This document shows positions 1 through 13,232 of a stretch of 64,000 nt of DNA, piece after piece. Origin of the DNA: Chrysomallon squamiferum (lineage: Eukaryota > Animalia > Mollusca); contig CM022665.1 of the NCBI GenBank assembly GCA_012295275.1, positions 39,928,001 to 39,992,000 on the forward strand, written 5' to 3'. Below the pieces are notes generated by a model. That model worked only from the letters and a program-made list of their open reading frames with translations. It did no database searches and had not been told where the DNA came from. The first letter of the stretch is position 1, and each line of letters begins with the position of its first letter. The position numbers were made by a program, and so were the translations under genes.

Positions 1-5
1 AGTGA

Positions 6-47
<42 letters not shown>

Positions 48-502
48 CTTTATTAATGTTCATGTGTAAAAATGTCTATATTTATTTATACTTTCAGTTA
101 CTGTGGTTAATGAGTTATTTCATGTTCAAAATTTCAGTCAACATGTTGAATTCTGTAAGAACTTTGATCGTATTAATAGAAAAATCCTAATGAACATAAC
201 CTTTAGGAGGAATTTGCAAATGATCTGATCAATATTAACTGGATTTTGTTTTCATTTCAATATATTTCAAGTGGATTAAATCGAAATTTTGAAAAATGTG
301 CTAATTTTATATGAAAAATATTACTAATTTTGATATTTTGTTAACATACTGAAAACACACAGTGCAGTTTTGGTTTAAATTTAAGAATCGTAAGTTAGTT
401 GTAAAAATAAGTTTTTGTTTGTCAGATACCAGTGAATGAATCTGGAACTATTATGTATTTGTTAGCAAGTGTTTATATTTTAAGTAAAAAAAATTAATTT
501 AC

Positions 503-592
503 TTTTAAAGCAGAAATAGGAACAGCCTGTACATCTCCTCCAAAGTCTTCAAGAATCAACTGATGTTCTAACAACATTTGTTTTGTTCTTTC
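503..592 (-). CDS. MTIF2: Mitochondrial translation initiation factor IF-2, internal exon (ERTKQMLLEHQLILEDFGGDVQAVPISALK); gene continues beyond the left edge of the window
   Basis: Manual translation of the minus strand: ttgcag acceptor, gtaaat donor, 90 nt, phase 0/0. The peptide matches the IF2 G-domain end (G5 'SAL' region). Confidence 0.92.
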
Positions 593-1043
593 CTGCAAAT
601 AAAGTAAAAAAATATATATTTCAGTACCTTAGCACTAAATTAATGAGTATATATATTTAGTTAAACAACTACAAACTTTTTTACATAAGTAGTTGTTATA
701 TGTCAAATAAACTGGTTTTTCTTTTTTCTTTTATTATTTCCCTTTTTTTTCTTTTAAGAAAAAAGAGAAAGACAATCTTCTGACATTATTCAAAGGATTC
801 CTTATATTCATGAACAGTAAAAAAAAAAAAAAAAATTTAACAGGCACTTTCTCGGATAGTAAAGCTTGTGACAAATTCTTACTGAAATGTTTGTGAGAAA
901 ACCTTTATATAATTCCATTTATAACAGAACAGAATAAACTCATTGGATTAAAAAGAGAAAAAGAAAACCAGTGAAAAATAATGAAAATATATATAAGTGA
1001 AAAGAGAAAAAAAGTAAATAAAAAATAAAAAGTAAACACTCAC

Positions 1044-1093
1044 AATGTCTGCTTCTGGTTTGTCAATCTTGTTTATAGCAACTATCACAGGAA
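1044..1093 (-). CDS. MTIF2: MTIF2 exon (VPVIVAINKIDKPEADI, G4 NKxD motif)
   Basis: ccccag acceptor, gtgagt donor, 50 nt, phase 1/0, compatible with both neighbouring exons; contains NKID. Confidence 0.92.
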
Positions 1094-1579
1094 CTGGGGA
1101 AAAAATAAAAAATAAAAATAAATACCCAGTAATATTACTTTATAGTAATTATAGAAATTAAATGCATGATCTTTTTGTTTCAAAAGAATAATGCTGTGAA
1201 ATAGCAAAAAAAACAACCAATATCACAATGCTAAATAATAACTGCAATACATTAACAAATACACTGAATAACCCAGTGACAGTAATAAAAAAATTTAACT
1301 ATCCCCCAAAAACAATTCACATCAAAGTCAATTTTAATAATATCTGTCTTATAAAATTTATTCTATCAAATAGAGTTAAAAAAAAAAAAAAAAATCATAA
1401 AGCCTCAGAGGTAAAAAATAATATTAAATAAATATTTTTCCTAGTTATATAAAATTAATTATATTATAAAGAAATAAAAAACATTTTTTTTTTTTTTTTT
1501 TTTCTTTATATTAAAGCTTTTGTTCACCATTTGCATTTTTTAGCATTTTTTAATTCTTTGTATTAAATCTTTTGTTCAC

Positions 1580-1756
1580 CATTTGCATTTTTGGCATGGC
1601 CGATGGATTCCACTGTCTGATTCATGACTCCATCTTCAGCAGCTACGACTAACACGATGATGTCTGTGACCTGTGCCCCTCTTGCCCTCATTGCACTGAA
1701 TGCAGCATGGCCTGGTGTGTCCAGAAATGTAATTCCTTCTCCATTGTCAAGTTTAA
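1580..1756 (-). CDS. MTIF2: MTIF2 exon ([59 protein letters not shown]3 DTPG motif)
   Basis: ttgcag acceptor, gtgaac donor, 177 nt, phase 1/1; canonical IF2 '[29 protein letters not shown]' signature. Confidence 0.95.
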
Positions 1757-2319
1757 CTGCAAAGTTATAATGATAATAATTATTTTGTTTGTTTTGGTTT
1801 TGTTGGGGGTTTTTTCCATAGAAAAGTAAAAAAAAAAAAGACGTTTGTCTGAAAATAATGTAAATGCAATTTTGTCTACAATTATGTTTTGGTGATGTAG
1901 ATTGTTGTTAAAAAAAAATGGCAAAAGAAAAATCGTAATGAAAATAATAAAAATCTAAATTATTGAAGAAAAAGATATTATATACACATAGCCATGCATA
2001 TCATTTGCACATTAAATAAGAGCAAATAAAAACAGCCAACACAATTTCTCTACTTTTAAACGTTTTTTAAGTTTTTGAAATAAAATTTCATTTGCCTTTC
2101 TGATAATTCAGCAATCCATTTAAAGTAAGCAAGCTTTTAAAACAATGAAATAATTTTTAAAATAATAATAATAATAAAAAAAAAAAAAAAAAGAAGTTTA
2201 AAGTAAAGAAAAAAGAAAAGAAAAGAAGACTGAAGAAAAAAAAAAAATAAAAATATGAAAAAAAACACTTTAAAAATACAGGATTTTTCAAAAACAATAT
2301 TCTAAAAAGTTAATTTTAC

Positions 2320-2480
2320 CTTGAAAAGCTCCTATATGCTGTGTTATTCCTCCAAATTCCTGGTCTACTATATTTGTATTTCTCAGAGCATCTAGAAGAG
2401 TTGTCTTTCCATGATCAACATGTCCCATGATGGTGACTATGGGAGGTCTTCGAACCAGAACAGAAGGATCTGGAGGTGGT
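2320..2480 (-). CDS. MTIF2: MTIF2 exon ([54 protein letters not shown]-loop)
   Basis: Lies inside ORF 2288..2512; acacag acceptor, gtaaaa donor, 161 nt, phase 2/1. GHVDHGKT and [10 protein letters not shown] are diagnostic of IF2. Confidence 0.96.
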
Positions 2481-3066
2481 CTGTGTTTAAAAAAAAATCC
2501 TAAATATTTCATATGACAGCAGGCTTAATAAACTGTGAGTTTGTACGTGTATGTGCGAGTGTATGATGGCTATGAATAAATAGCAGAATAAACATTTTTA
2601 TACTTCAGTGCAATTGTTTTATTATTTAGGATATACAACATTTGTTAATAATAAATAAGACAACAAAATAACAAGATCGAGGAGATATGTACAGAAAGAT
2701 GGAAAATAATAAATTAGTACAAAATCGAAAGTAACAGAAGTTATTATAAAAAAGGTTCACTATGCCTTATAATATCTTATTTCAAAAGGAAAAAACCCCA
2801 ACATAAAATGAAAAAATAAATAAAAATATAAAGCAAATAAAAACATAAAATAAAATAAAATAAAATAAAATAAAATAAAATAAAATAAAATAAAATAAAA
2901 TAAAAAAGCATCTGCCTATTCTGCTGACTATTAACATTCTTCTAATATGGAATAGAATACTAATGGAAAATATTTCTGATAAAAGTAAATTATTGTAAAA
3001 TTAATATCAGTAATGAAGTAATGGGTTCTGAATTAAGTGCAATAAAAAGAAAAACATATAATTTAA

Positions 3067-3424
3067 CTCACTGGTCTCAAAGTAGGGAGTATATAATTAT
3101 GGTAAAGGTAGTAATGACTGACTGTATGTATTGCAGTACTAATGGGTCTTTTTGTGATTATTCTTGTTGCTTTTAAAAATGATTTATTTCAGTGCTATCC
3201 TCTTCATGTTGGTTATCTTTAATCCTTTTGGCGAGATATCTAGACATGTTAGAAGAGTGCCATCAGTGAGATATCTTGATATAATCCACTCGCTTAAGTT
3301 AATCCTTAATATTTTACTTGATGGATGATATTTTACTTTTGATGTAGGGGTAAAAATAGCTGATTTTCCCCAAAATGCCTGGCACTGGTAAATGTGTGTT
3401 GAGTAAAATTTGGTGGCGAAAGAG
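3067..3424. mobile_element. Possible piggyBac-like MITE in an MTIF2 intron
   Basis: Flanked by TTAA (3063-3066 and 3425-3428) with termini CTC...GAG and only weak further inverted similarity; higher GC than the flanks. Confidence 0.3.
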
Positions 3425-3487
3425 TTAACTTATTTGATTGATGTGTATATAGAATGAGAGGTTATTTCAATGAATTTAGGTGAAGAG

Positions 3488-3532
<45 letters not shown>

Positions 3533-3578
3533 AGTGTGTGTGTTAGAGTGAAGATATTAAATTTAATGTTATACGTAC

Positions 3579-3690
3579 TGGCGGATTATATCTTTGTTTT
3601 CCTTTTCCTTAACTTGTTTTTTCTGTCCAAGTTTGCATCTGTAGCCTGATTTTTTTACAAATTCTTGGATTACTCTCAAATCATCAATTT
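3579..3690 (-). CDS. MTIF2: MTIF2 exon (IDDLRVIQEFVKKSGYRCKLGQKKQVKEKENKDIIRQ)
   Basis: tgatag acceptor, gtacgt donor, 112 nt, phase 1/2, joining in frame to the P-loop exon. Confidence 0.8.
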
Positions 3691-4275
3691 CTATCAAAAA
3701 TTAATTAATTAATTACATAAATTAAGAATATTAATTATAATATGTATCTAGTTATTAGTAATAATTATAAAAATGAAAGAAAATAATAACTATAATATAG
3801 TAGTAGTAGTAGTAGTAATAATAATGATAATAATACTAGCAGTAATAAAATTAAAGATGATAGGCAAAGTTACATAAGAAAAGGAACTAACATCAGTGCT
3901 TCAAAACCTGATTGTTACTGCATTTTTATTTCATTTATAAAATAATTTTAAAAATTTACATTAATCAATATCTCTTATTCTCTCTCATTCTCTGTTTCTG
4001 TTTTTCTGTCTCTCCGTTTCTCTCTCTCTCTCTAGATATATACAAACACGTAACTATATCCGTATCTGTATCTAAATAACAAATACTTCTGTCTATAGAC
4101 ACACACACACACACACACACGTATTATCCATATCTTACATTTATATATTACAATAACATCAAGACATTATTATTATGTGATCATTGCTCACTTATTGTAC
4201 ACAAATTACAATCTTTCCTTATTATAATCTTAAACAGATGTACTTCACTGATTTTCTTTTGAAGATTTATGTTAC

Positions 4276-4323
4276 CAAATTTGTCACCACCTGGAACATA
4301 GGCCAGCACATCAAAAACATGGT
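4276..4323 (-). CDS. MTIF2: MTIF2 exon (DHVFDVLAYVPGGDKF...), donor position uncertain
   Basis: ttccag acceptor at 4324-4325. Two phase-compatible donors exist: gtaaca (exon end 4276) and gtgagc (exon end 4192, +84 nt, no stop). Confidence 0.65.
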
Positions 4324-4552
4324 CTGGAAAATTACAAACACATCCAAGATGCTAAATATCATATTAATCAATATTGTTTAATTATTAGCAAGATAATAAT
4401 TATATTAATTAATAAAAAAAATAAAAGATAAAAATTAAAAGTGTGTGTGTGTGTGTATATATTTATATGATGTATGCTTTTTATTCTTATGTTTATTTTT
4501 ATTTACTTTTAATATATATATATACATTTATATATGCTATTATTAAACCAAC

Positions 4553-4646
4553 CTGTATCTTTGCTCAAGGCCTTAGCAAGTTCAGCAACAGTCATATTTG
4601 AGTGAACTTGTTTTATAGGCTTTATGTTTACTCTGACTGGACGAAT
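4553..4646 (-). CDS. MTIF2: MTIF2 exon (IRPVRVNIKPIKQVHSNMTVAELAKALSKDT, IF2 N-domain 'MTVAELA' motif)
   Basis: Lies inside ORF 4509..4715; tatcag acceptor, gttggt donor, 94 nt, phase 0/1. Confidence 0.85.
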
Positions 4647-4910
4647 CTGATAATAATAATAATAATAGTAATAATAACAATAATAATAATAATAGTAATA
4701 CAATAACAATAACAATATTAATAAAAAAAAATAAAAAATAATAACAAGATATACTCATTTCATTATAATTTGTATGTAATTTACTAATAATATTCTGAAA
4801 AAAATAATAAAGTTCAATGCTACTTATCTCAGTAACAAATATGATTTTAAACTATCAGTATTATGTGAAATAAATTAGATAAATTTCGAAGTTATGTATC
4901 CATGATGACA

Positions 4911-6192
4911 TATAATGGTTTGTCCATGAAATTCTGAGCGTTTTTGAAGGATGGAAATAAAACAGTTTTATCCACATTACAATAAATGTTATTAATAAAT
5001 CAAATCTTCCATTTTTATGAATGACTTTAGTTCATCTGTTTGACTGCCACATAATTCCACCCGTGCAGAATTGGGCTGTCCTGGAGGAAAAGACATTATC
5101 TAGGATTTTTTTGATGGCATCTAGGTCAATAAATATTGCACAAATATTGCAGGGACCTAAACAAATGAAACTCAGAAGGTTTAGTGTTGGGAGAATATGG
5201 TTGATATAGTAAGAGACTCCACTCCAACTCATATGACATTGTGTGGGCAGCCAAAAACACATACAAGGTCTGGCATTGTCTTGTTGGAACACAACCCTTT
5301 CCCTGCTGGCTAGTTCTGGCTTTTTAATATTTTTTTCCAGCTGGTGACAGTGGTCATCAGAATTGATGATATAACTGGTTGGTAGCAGCTCTTAATACAT
5401 AATGACTTTGAAATCCAAACAGACAAAAGTATAACCTTTTTTCATGAACATTCAGCTTTGGTAGGTCTGTTGGTGGATTTTCACACAAATGTCTGCAACT
5501 TTTTCACACTGTGTTAGTGGAGACAATCCATTTTTCATCTCTGGTGATAGTAAGTTAAAGAAAGGTCCAGATTTATTGCATTTTAAGAGCAGCATGCAGA
5601 TGAAACACTGGTCCATGCAGTTTTCCTCTGACTGGTTGTGAGGTATCCAAACATCATAGCGGGTAAATGTACGAAAATTTCACTAAGTGTTCATGAACTG
5701 TATTTTTGGGGACAGCCAATATTTCTGCAAGCTCTCCAGTCATGAATTTTGGGTTAGCTTCAGTGTTTACCTTCAAATAAATCATTATCCAAATCTGAAG
5801 GTCTTCCAGAGCGATTTGCATATTCTAAGCTGAAATCCCATGCATCTGAATTTTGCAAACCATCTCCAAATTACTGATTCACATTTAGCACCTTCACAAA
5901 ATGATTTTTACATGTTCCTGCAGTGATTTTACCCTTTTTAAGGAAAAATATTAATTACATGTTGAAAATACCACTTTTGGTTGCCTATTTTTGTTTTCGA
6001 TAACAGCTGACAAAACATCACAAAAGGAAGAGATGACCGATTTCTTGTGTGAGACGTAGCCAGTAGGTTATCACACTGCAACTTGTGCAAGTGATGCAAA
6101 CTTTATCAGTCATACCAACATTACACTGTCACATAAAGTGCTTTAAAACACAACTGTGGAAATTGTTCAAAACTATTCAGACAACCCATTAT
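4911..6192 (-). mobile_element. Decayed ~1.28 kb mariner (Tc1/mariner) DNA transposon
   Basis: Broken minus-strand transposase motifs: WIPHNQSE (WVPHEL-like, ~5625-5650), ITRDEKWI (TGDEKW-like, ~5525-5550), FQQDNARP (ORF 5032..5292) and a C-terminal 'GIMWQSNR*TKVI..NG'. Degenerate TIRs ATAATGGTTTGTCC / GACAACCCATTAT; length typical of mariner. Confidence 0.85.
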
Positions 6193-6216
6193 TTAAAATG
6201 TATCAGAGGAACTGTG

Positions 6217-6253
<37 letters not shown>

Positions 6254-6686
6254 TATATGGAATATAAAGGTAGCGAAAAACAAATGTTAATTTAAAATTA
6301 ATATGAACTTAATTTATTAAAAGCCATTCAGCTGTTACTGGTTTTTTCTCTGTAAAATGTTTCTTGTTACTATTTTAATCTACTTCAAAACATCAAACAA
6401 AATTTTATCTTTGACATCAATTCACAGAATGGTGAAATGTCTTTTTTTTTCTTTTTTTTTTTTACATTTTGAATGAAGTAAACTTAATTGTCATATTTTA
6501 ATTTTCTGTCTTGATTTAAAACAACAATATAAATCTTGCTAATTTACTTAATCCAAAAAACTACATTCTTAAGGTTACACATTAAAAACTAAAAAAACGA
6601 TTTAATTTAAAGAAATATAGCAGAAAAAAAAAGGCCTACAAAAATGTAAACTGCACCAAATAGAAAATATATATCTGTTAAATTCC

Positions 6687-6729
<43 letters not shown>

Positions 6730-6730
6730 T

Positions 6731-6768
<38 letters not shown>

Positions 6769-7310
6769 GCTTAGTTTATAAAAACTGACTGAGATTGGCA
6801 TAGAATAGAGATACTAGAGAGAGATAGTTTAGTTTATAAAATAAGTATTATGTGTGATTACAGGCTAGATACTATGAAATAAGTATTATGTGTGTCTGCA
6901 TTGTCTGAGAAAGAGATGATGAGAATATCCAATAGGAAATGTTAGCATAAGTGTGAGTGTTTGTGTGTGTGTATATATGTATGTGTGTGCATGTATGGGC
7001 ATCCATCTGTGTGTATGTGTGTTCCTGCGAGTGTGTGCGAGTTTGTATCCATTCATGTGACTGGGTACGTTCATATGGCTGCATCTTTTGTGTCCTAAGC
7101 AATGGACTATTAAAATGTCAAAAAACTGTACAAAGGCTATATTTTTAATGGTGTATATTGTGCAGTGAGGGAAAACTTTTATCAATCGTTTGCTTTTAAC
7201 AAATGTAAGACTATAATAGGCTAAAATTCCATAAAGTATTAATGTTTCAGATGGGCAGTGACAGTGATAGGAATATGTGTCATAAGACAACTCTGGCTGT
7301 TTATCACACT

Positions 7311-7857
7311 TGCACACCCTATCACTCATACTGTCACTGGTAAACTACTGCGCAGCGTGCACACCCTATCACTCATACTGTCACTGGTAAACTACTGCGC
7401 AGCGTGCACACTCTATCACTAAAAACTTGCCCTGCACACCCTATCACTCATACTGTCACTGGTAAACTACTGTGCAGCCTGCACACCCTATCACTCATAC
7501 TGTCACTGGTAAACTACTGTGCAGCCTGCACACCCTATCACTCATACTGTCACTGGTAAACTACTGTGCAGCCTGCACACTCTATCACTCATACTGTCAC
7601 TGGTAAACTACTGTGCAGCCTGCACACTCTATCACTCATACTGTCACTGGTAAACTACTGCGCAGCCTGCACACCCTATCACTCATACTGTCACTGGTAA
7701 ACTACTGTGCAGCCTGCACACCCTATCACTCATACTGTCACTGGTAAACTACTGTGCAGCCTGCACACCCTATCACTCATACTGTCACTGGTAAACTACT
7801 GTGCAGCCTGCACACCCTATCACTCACACTGTCACTGGTAAACTACTGCGCAGCCTT
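7311..7857. repeat. 47-bp minisatellite, 11 full units plus 1 partial (TGCACACCCTATCACTCATACTGTCACTGGTAAACTACTGTGCAGCC)
   Basis: Unit starts at 7311, 7358, 7405 (partial), 7433, 7480, 7527, 7574, 7621, 7668, 7715, 7762, 7809; near-perfect, no spacers. Confidence 0.95.
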
Positions 7858-8337
7858 CAGCAACCGCGCTTGCTCGTCAGCTCATCACGAGTTTACAACG
7901 TGTATAACATTTTCTTCCGGGCAACCGGCTATTTCTTACTGGATATCTTTCCGCTCTTAATATAATCAATTTTTTTATCATCGCAAATATCTACCTAGAT
8001 CCTAGAATTTCGTGGGGCACAGCTAAATACGTCACCTGGCGCACCCGCTGAGAACCACTGCACTAGACAGACGCTGAGTCTCCGCCGACTCTGCTGTATT
8101 AAGTTCCATCACTGTCACGTGGCCCTAAGTCTATGGTTCAGTGAAAACACATGATCATTTTAAAACTTCTGCTGTCATTACCATTATGAAATTTTGGAAA
8201 AACTACTCTCTTTTATTTTATTTTAATTTTAATTTAATTTTTTTTTTAATCTTTTTTTGACATTATTATTCACCATACGGTCTTAATGATAATGGGCAAG
8301 AACAAAAAGAACAATATGAACAATGTAAACAGTATTA

Positions 8338-9030
8338 CAGTATTCCCTCGCTATTCGCGGGGGTTATGTTCTTTAACCCCCCCGCGAATAGCGAAAAACC
8401 GCGAATATTGGATGCAGTTTTAAAACGTCAATATACAGTACTAAATGCTTCCAGGACACTTTCTAAAGACACTCTTACTCATTAATACAGTAATAATGTA
8501 GTAATATTGCATGCAGTTATGTATTTCACTAATGTAGTAATGATAATGTAAACGCATTTTAATTTTGTACTGAAACAATATTTTAATCAGAAAGAAACGT
8601 AAGTACAGGAGGACAGTAACACCGCATAGCATAGTTACCCATACAGTATTACTGTACCGTAAAGTCATTTTCTATGCGTACAACATATGTATTAGAATTG
8701 ACAGAAAGTGGAACAAATTTAAAGGCAAACAGGCAGATAAATACAGTACGCACAGTTCAGGTAATAATATGCAATTAAAAACATTATTAATACACGGTCA
8801 CAAAAAATATGCACTGTACATACAGTGTATGCATTTATAAAAAAATACGTACTGTATTGCAATAATAATTGAAAAAATTTGATATTGTTTGTGCGGTTTA
8901 CCGAGCATTTGTTTTTATGACGTTTGACGCTCGCCTGGTATACCAGCATACAATGCGATAGGGTTAAGAGCCTAACCCGCGAATATGCGGGGCCGCGAAT
9001 GGGGAACCGCGAATAGGTAAGGGTATACTG
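8338..9030. mobile_element. pogo/Tigger-type (Tc1/mariner superfamily) MITE, 693 bp
   Basis: TA target duplications at 8336-8337 and 9031-9032; TIRs CAGTATTCCCTCGCTATTCGCGG / CCGCGAATAGGTAAGGGTATACTG; subterminal CGCGAAT repeats and a hairpin at ~8351-8391. Absent from duplicate copy 2. Confidence 0.85.
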
Positions 9031-9499
9031 TATATAAGGTATTTTAAAGAAACGATTGTAAAACGAAGTAAATATCCGGTTATTAATTTTAGCGAAAATG
9101 GCAACCATATTAAAATAGTTCACTTATGAGCATTTACAAATGTCCCTATTGCCACAAATGTTGTGATTTATGTTGGATTACGTTTCGCCATGATTTGAAT
9201 ATTCCATTGCATTTAGTTAAGAATTTCTGATTTTTTTATTTCTTTATAGTTATTTTATTTTATTTTATTTCGAGATTATATGCATGTACATGTATCTCAA
9301 CTAATTGAGAGTATTTGCTAACTTATTTAATGCGTTTTAATTCTCACGAATATTATAACAGTAAACCAGAATTTCTTAGATATTATGGAATAAATAATAT
9401 AATAATGGAATAAAATGAAAATAAAATAGTAAAAATAACGCCACACATTTTCGAAAAGTTGCTTACTCCCGCCCGTCTCCGTCAAATTTCGCCGTTGCC

Positions 9500-11497
<1,998 letters not shown>

Positions 11498-12516
11498 TTA
11501 AAGAGAAACAAGCATAATGCAATTTATTTTTTATTTTTTGTGTGTGTGTGTGTGTGTTTTCTTCTGTTATATTTTATTTATTTATTTATTTTTACTTTTA
11601 TTATTTATTTATTTTCTATTTTATTATTATGGACTATATGAATGTAATAATTTAAATAACGTGCAACCTCGTAGTTAGGGAGGGTTCATGACTGGCGAAC
11701 TACATTTCAAGATGGTTCGAATCATGCGTCCCAACAAAATAGGCTTTAAATAAATAAACAGAAAACTATTTGCACGGTGCGTATCAATTTCTTAAATCCC
11801 GTGTGCATTTGAGCTTCAGTTTATTTTATTTCACTGAATAAAGAGGCTTATTTCATCTTCAGTCATCTTCATAATTCTGTAATGTATGTTACAAAACTTT
11901 AGTATATACTACTTTAAATAACCCCAAAGAGAAGTATTCCCCTCACACACACCGACGCATGCACGCACGCACAAACAGAGGTATAAACGAACGATCGAGC
12001 AATGACTCAGTGATTGGGTCAGTATGCACATTATGCCGATTAGCAGCTTAACATAAACTGGAAGGGAATTTAATAACAGATTTGAGTACATTTGTAAAAT
12101 CTCTCAGACACACAGACACCATTACCCACAAAGTACAGCGCAGAAATAAATAACAAAACAATGACACTGTTGTATTCAGAATTGAAGGAAAAGTCGGCCG
12201 AAAGTATTGAACGTAACAGATCCTTCACCGTAGAAGTCATTAAAATATTTCTAGATGTTTTTTTTCTAGGTGTAAACTTGTAGTTTTTATAATAAAGTTG
12301 CAGATTTTAACATTTTCATTTCACTGCTTTGAACTTATTAATAGTATGCAGAGCTTTTAAAATAAGTTTTTCTGTTATTCTAGTATTTGGGCCAAAGCAT
12401 AGGTAATAGTAGATGTTTTCAAAAAGTACAGAAGTTTAAAGAGTGTCATCATTTAAAACATTTTAAAACTTTATTATTTTTAGCACCAAAAATAATTTAC
12501 AATAATATAAATTGTA

Positions 12517-12559
<43 letters not shown>

Positions 12560-13232
12560 TTTTTATTTTATTGGGGGGGGGTAATTTTTAAAAAATATAT
12601 TTATAACTATGACATTTATTTTGCATACAATCCCAGTTTACAAGTAATTTTCAAATCATTACCAAAATTTAAAGCAAGATATTATTTATTTATTTATTTA
12701 TTTTTCTATTTGAACGGTTATGTACATGTTACTGGTACCAATTTGACATTTATTTATTTTTTTTTTAACCTTTCTCATATATAAACGTGCTTATTTCAAC
12801 TCATTTTTAAGTTCTGTTTAATTATTTCATAATAAAATATGATTTTTACATGTTCCTGCAGTGATTTTACCCTTTTTAAGGAAAAATAATAATTACATGT
12901 TGAAAATACAACTTTTGGTTACCTATTTTTGTTGTTGATAACAGCTGACAAAACATCACAAAAGGAAGAGATGACCGATTTCTTGTGTGAGACGTAGCCA
13001 GTAGGTTATCACACTGCAACTTGTGCAAGTGATGCAAACTTTATCAGTCATACCAACATTACACTGTCACATAAAGTGCTTTAAAACACAACTCTGGAAA
13101 TTGTTCAAAACTTTTGACACAACCCATTATTTAAAATGTATCAGAGGAACTGTGCATATATATGTATACACGTGCGCACACACACACACACACACTAATA
13201 AATAAACAGATTATTATTATTGTTATGATTAC

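Noticed and set aside
7311-7857. Regular repeat array resembling CRISPR
   Set aside because: Head-to-tail 47-bp units with no unique spacers, in a eukaryotic context with no cas genes.
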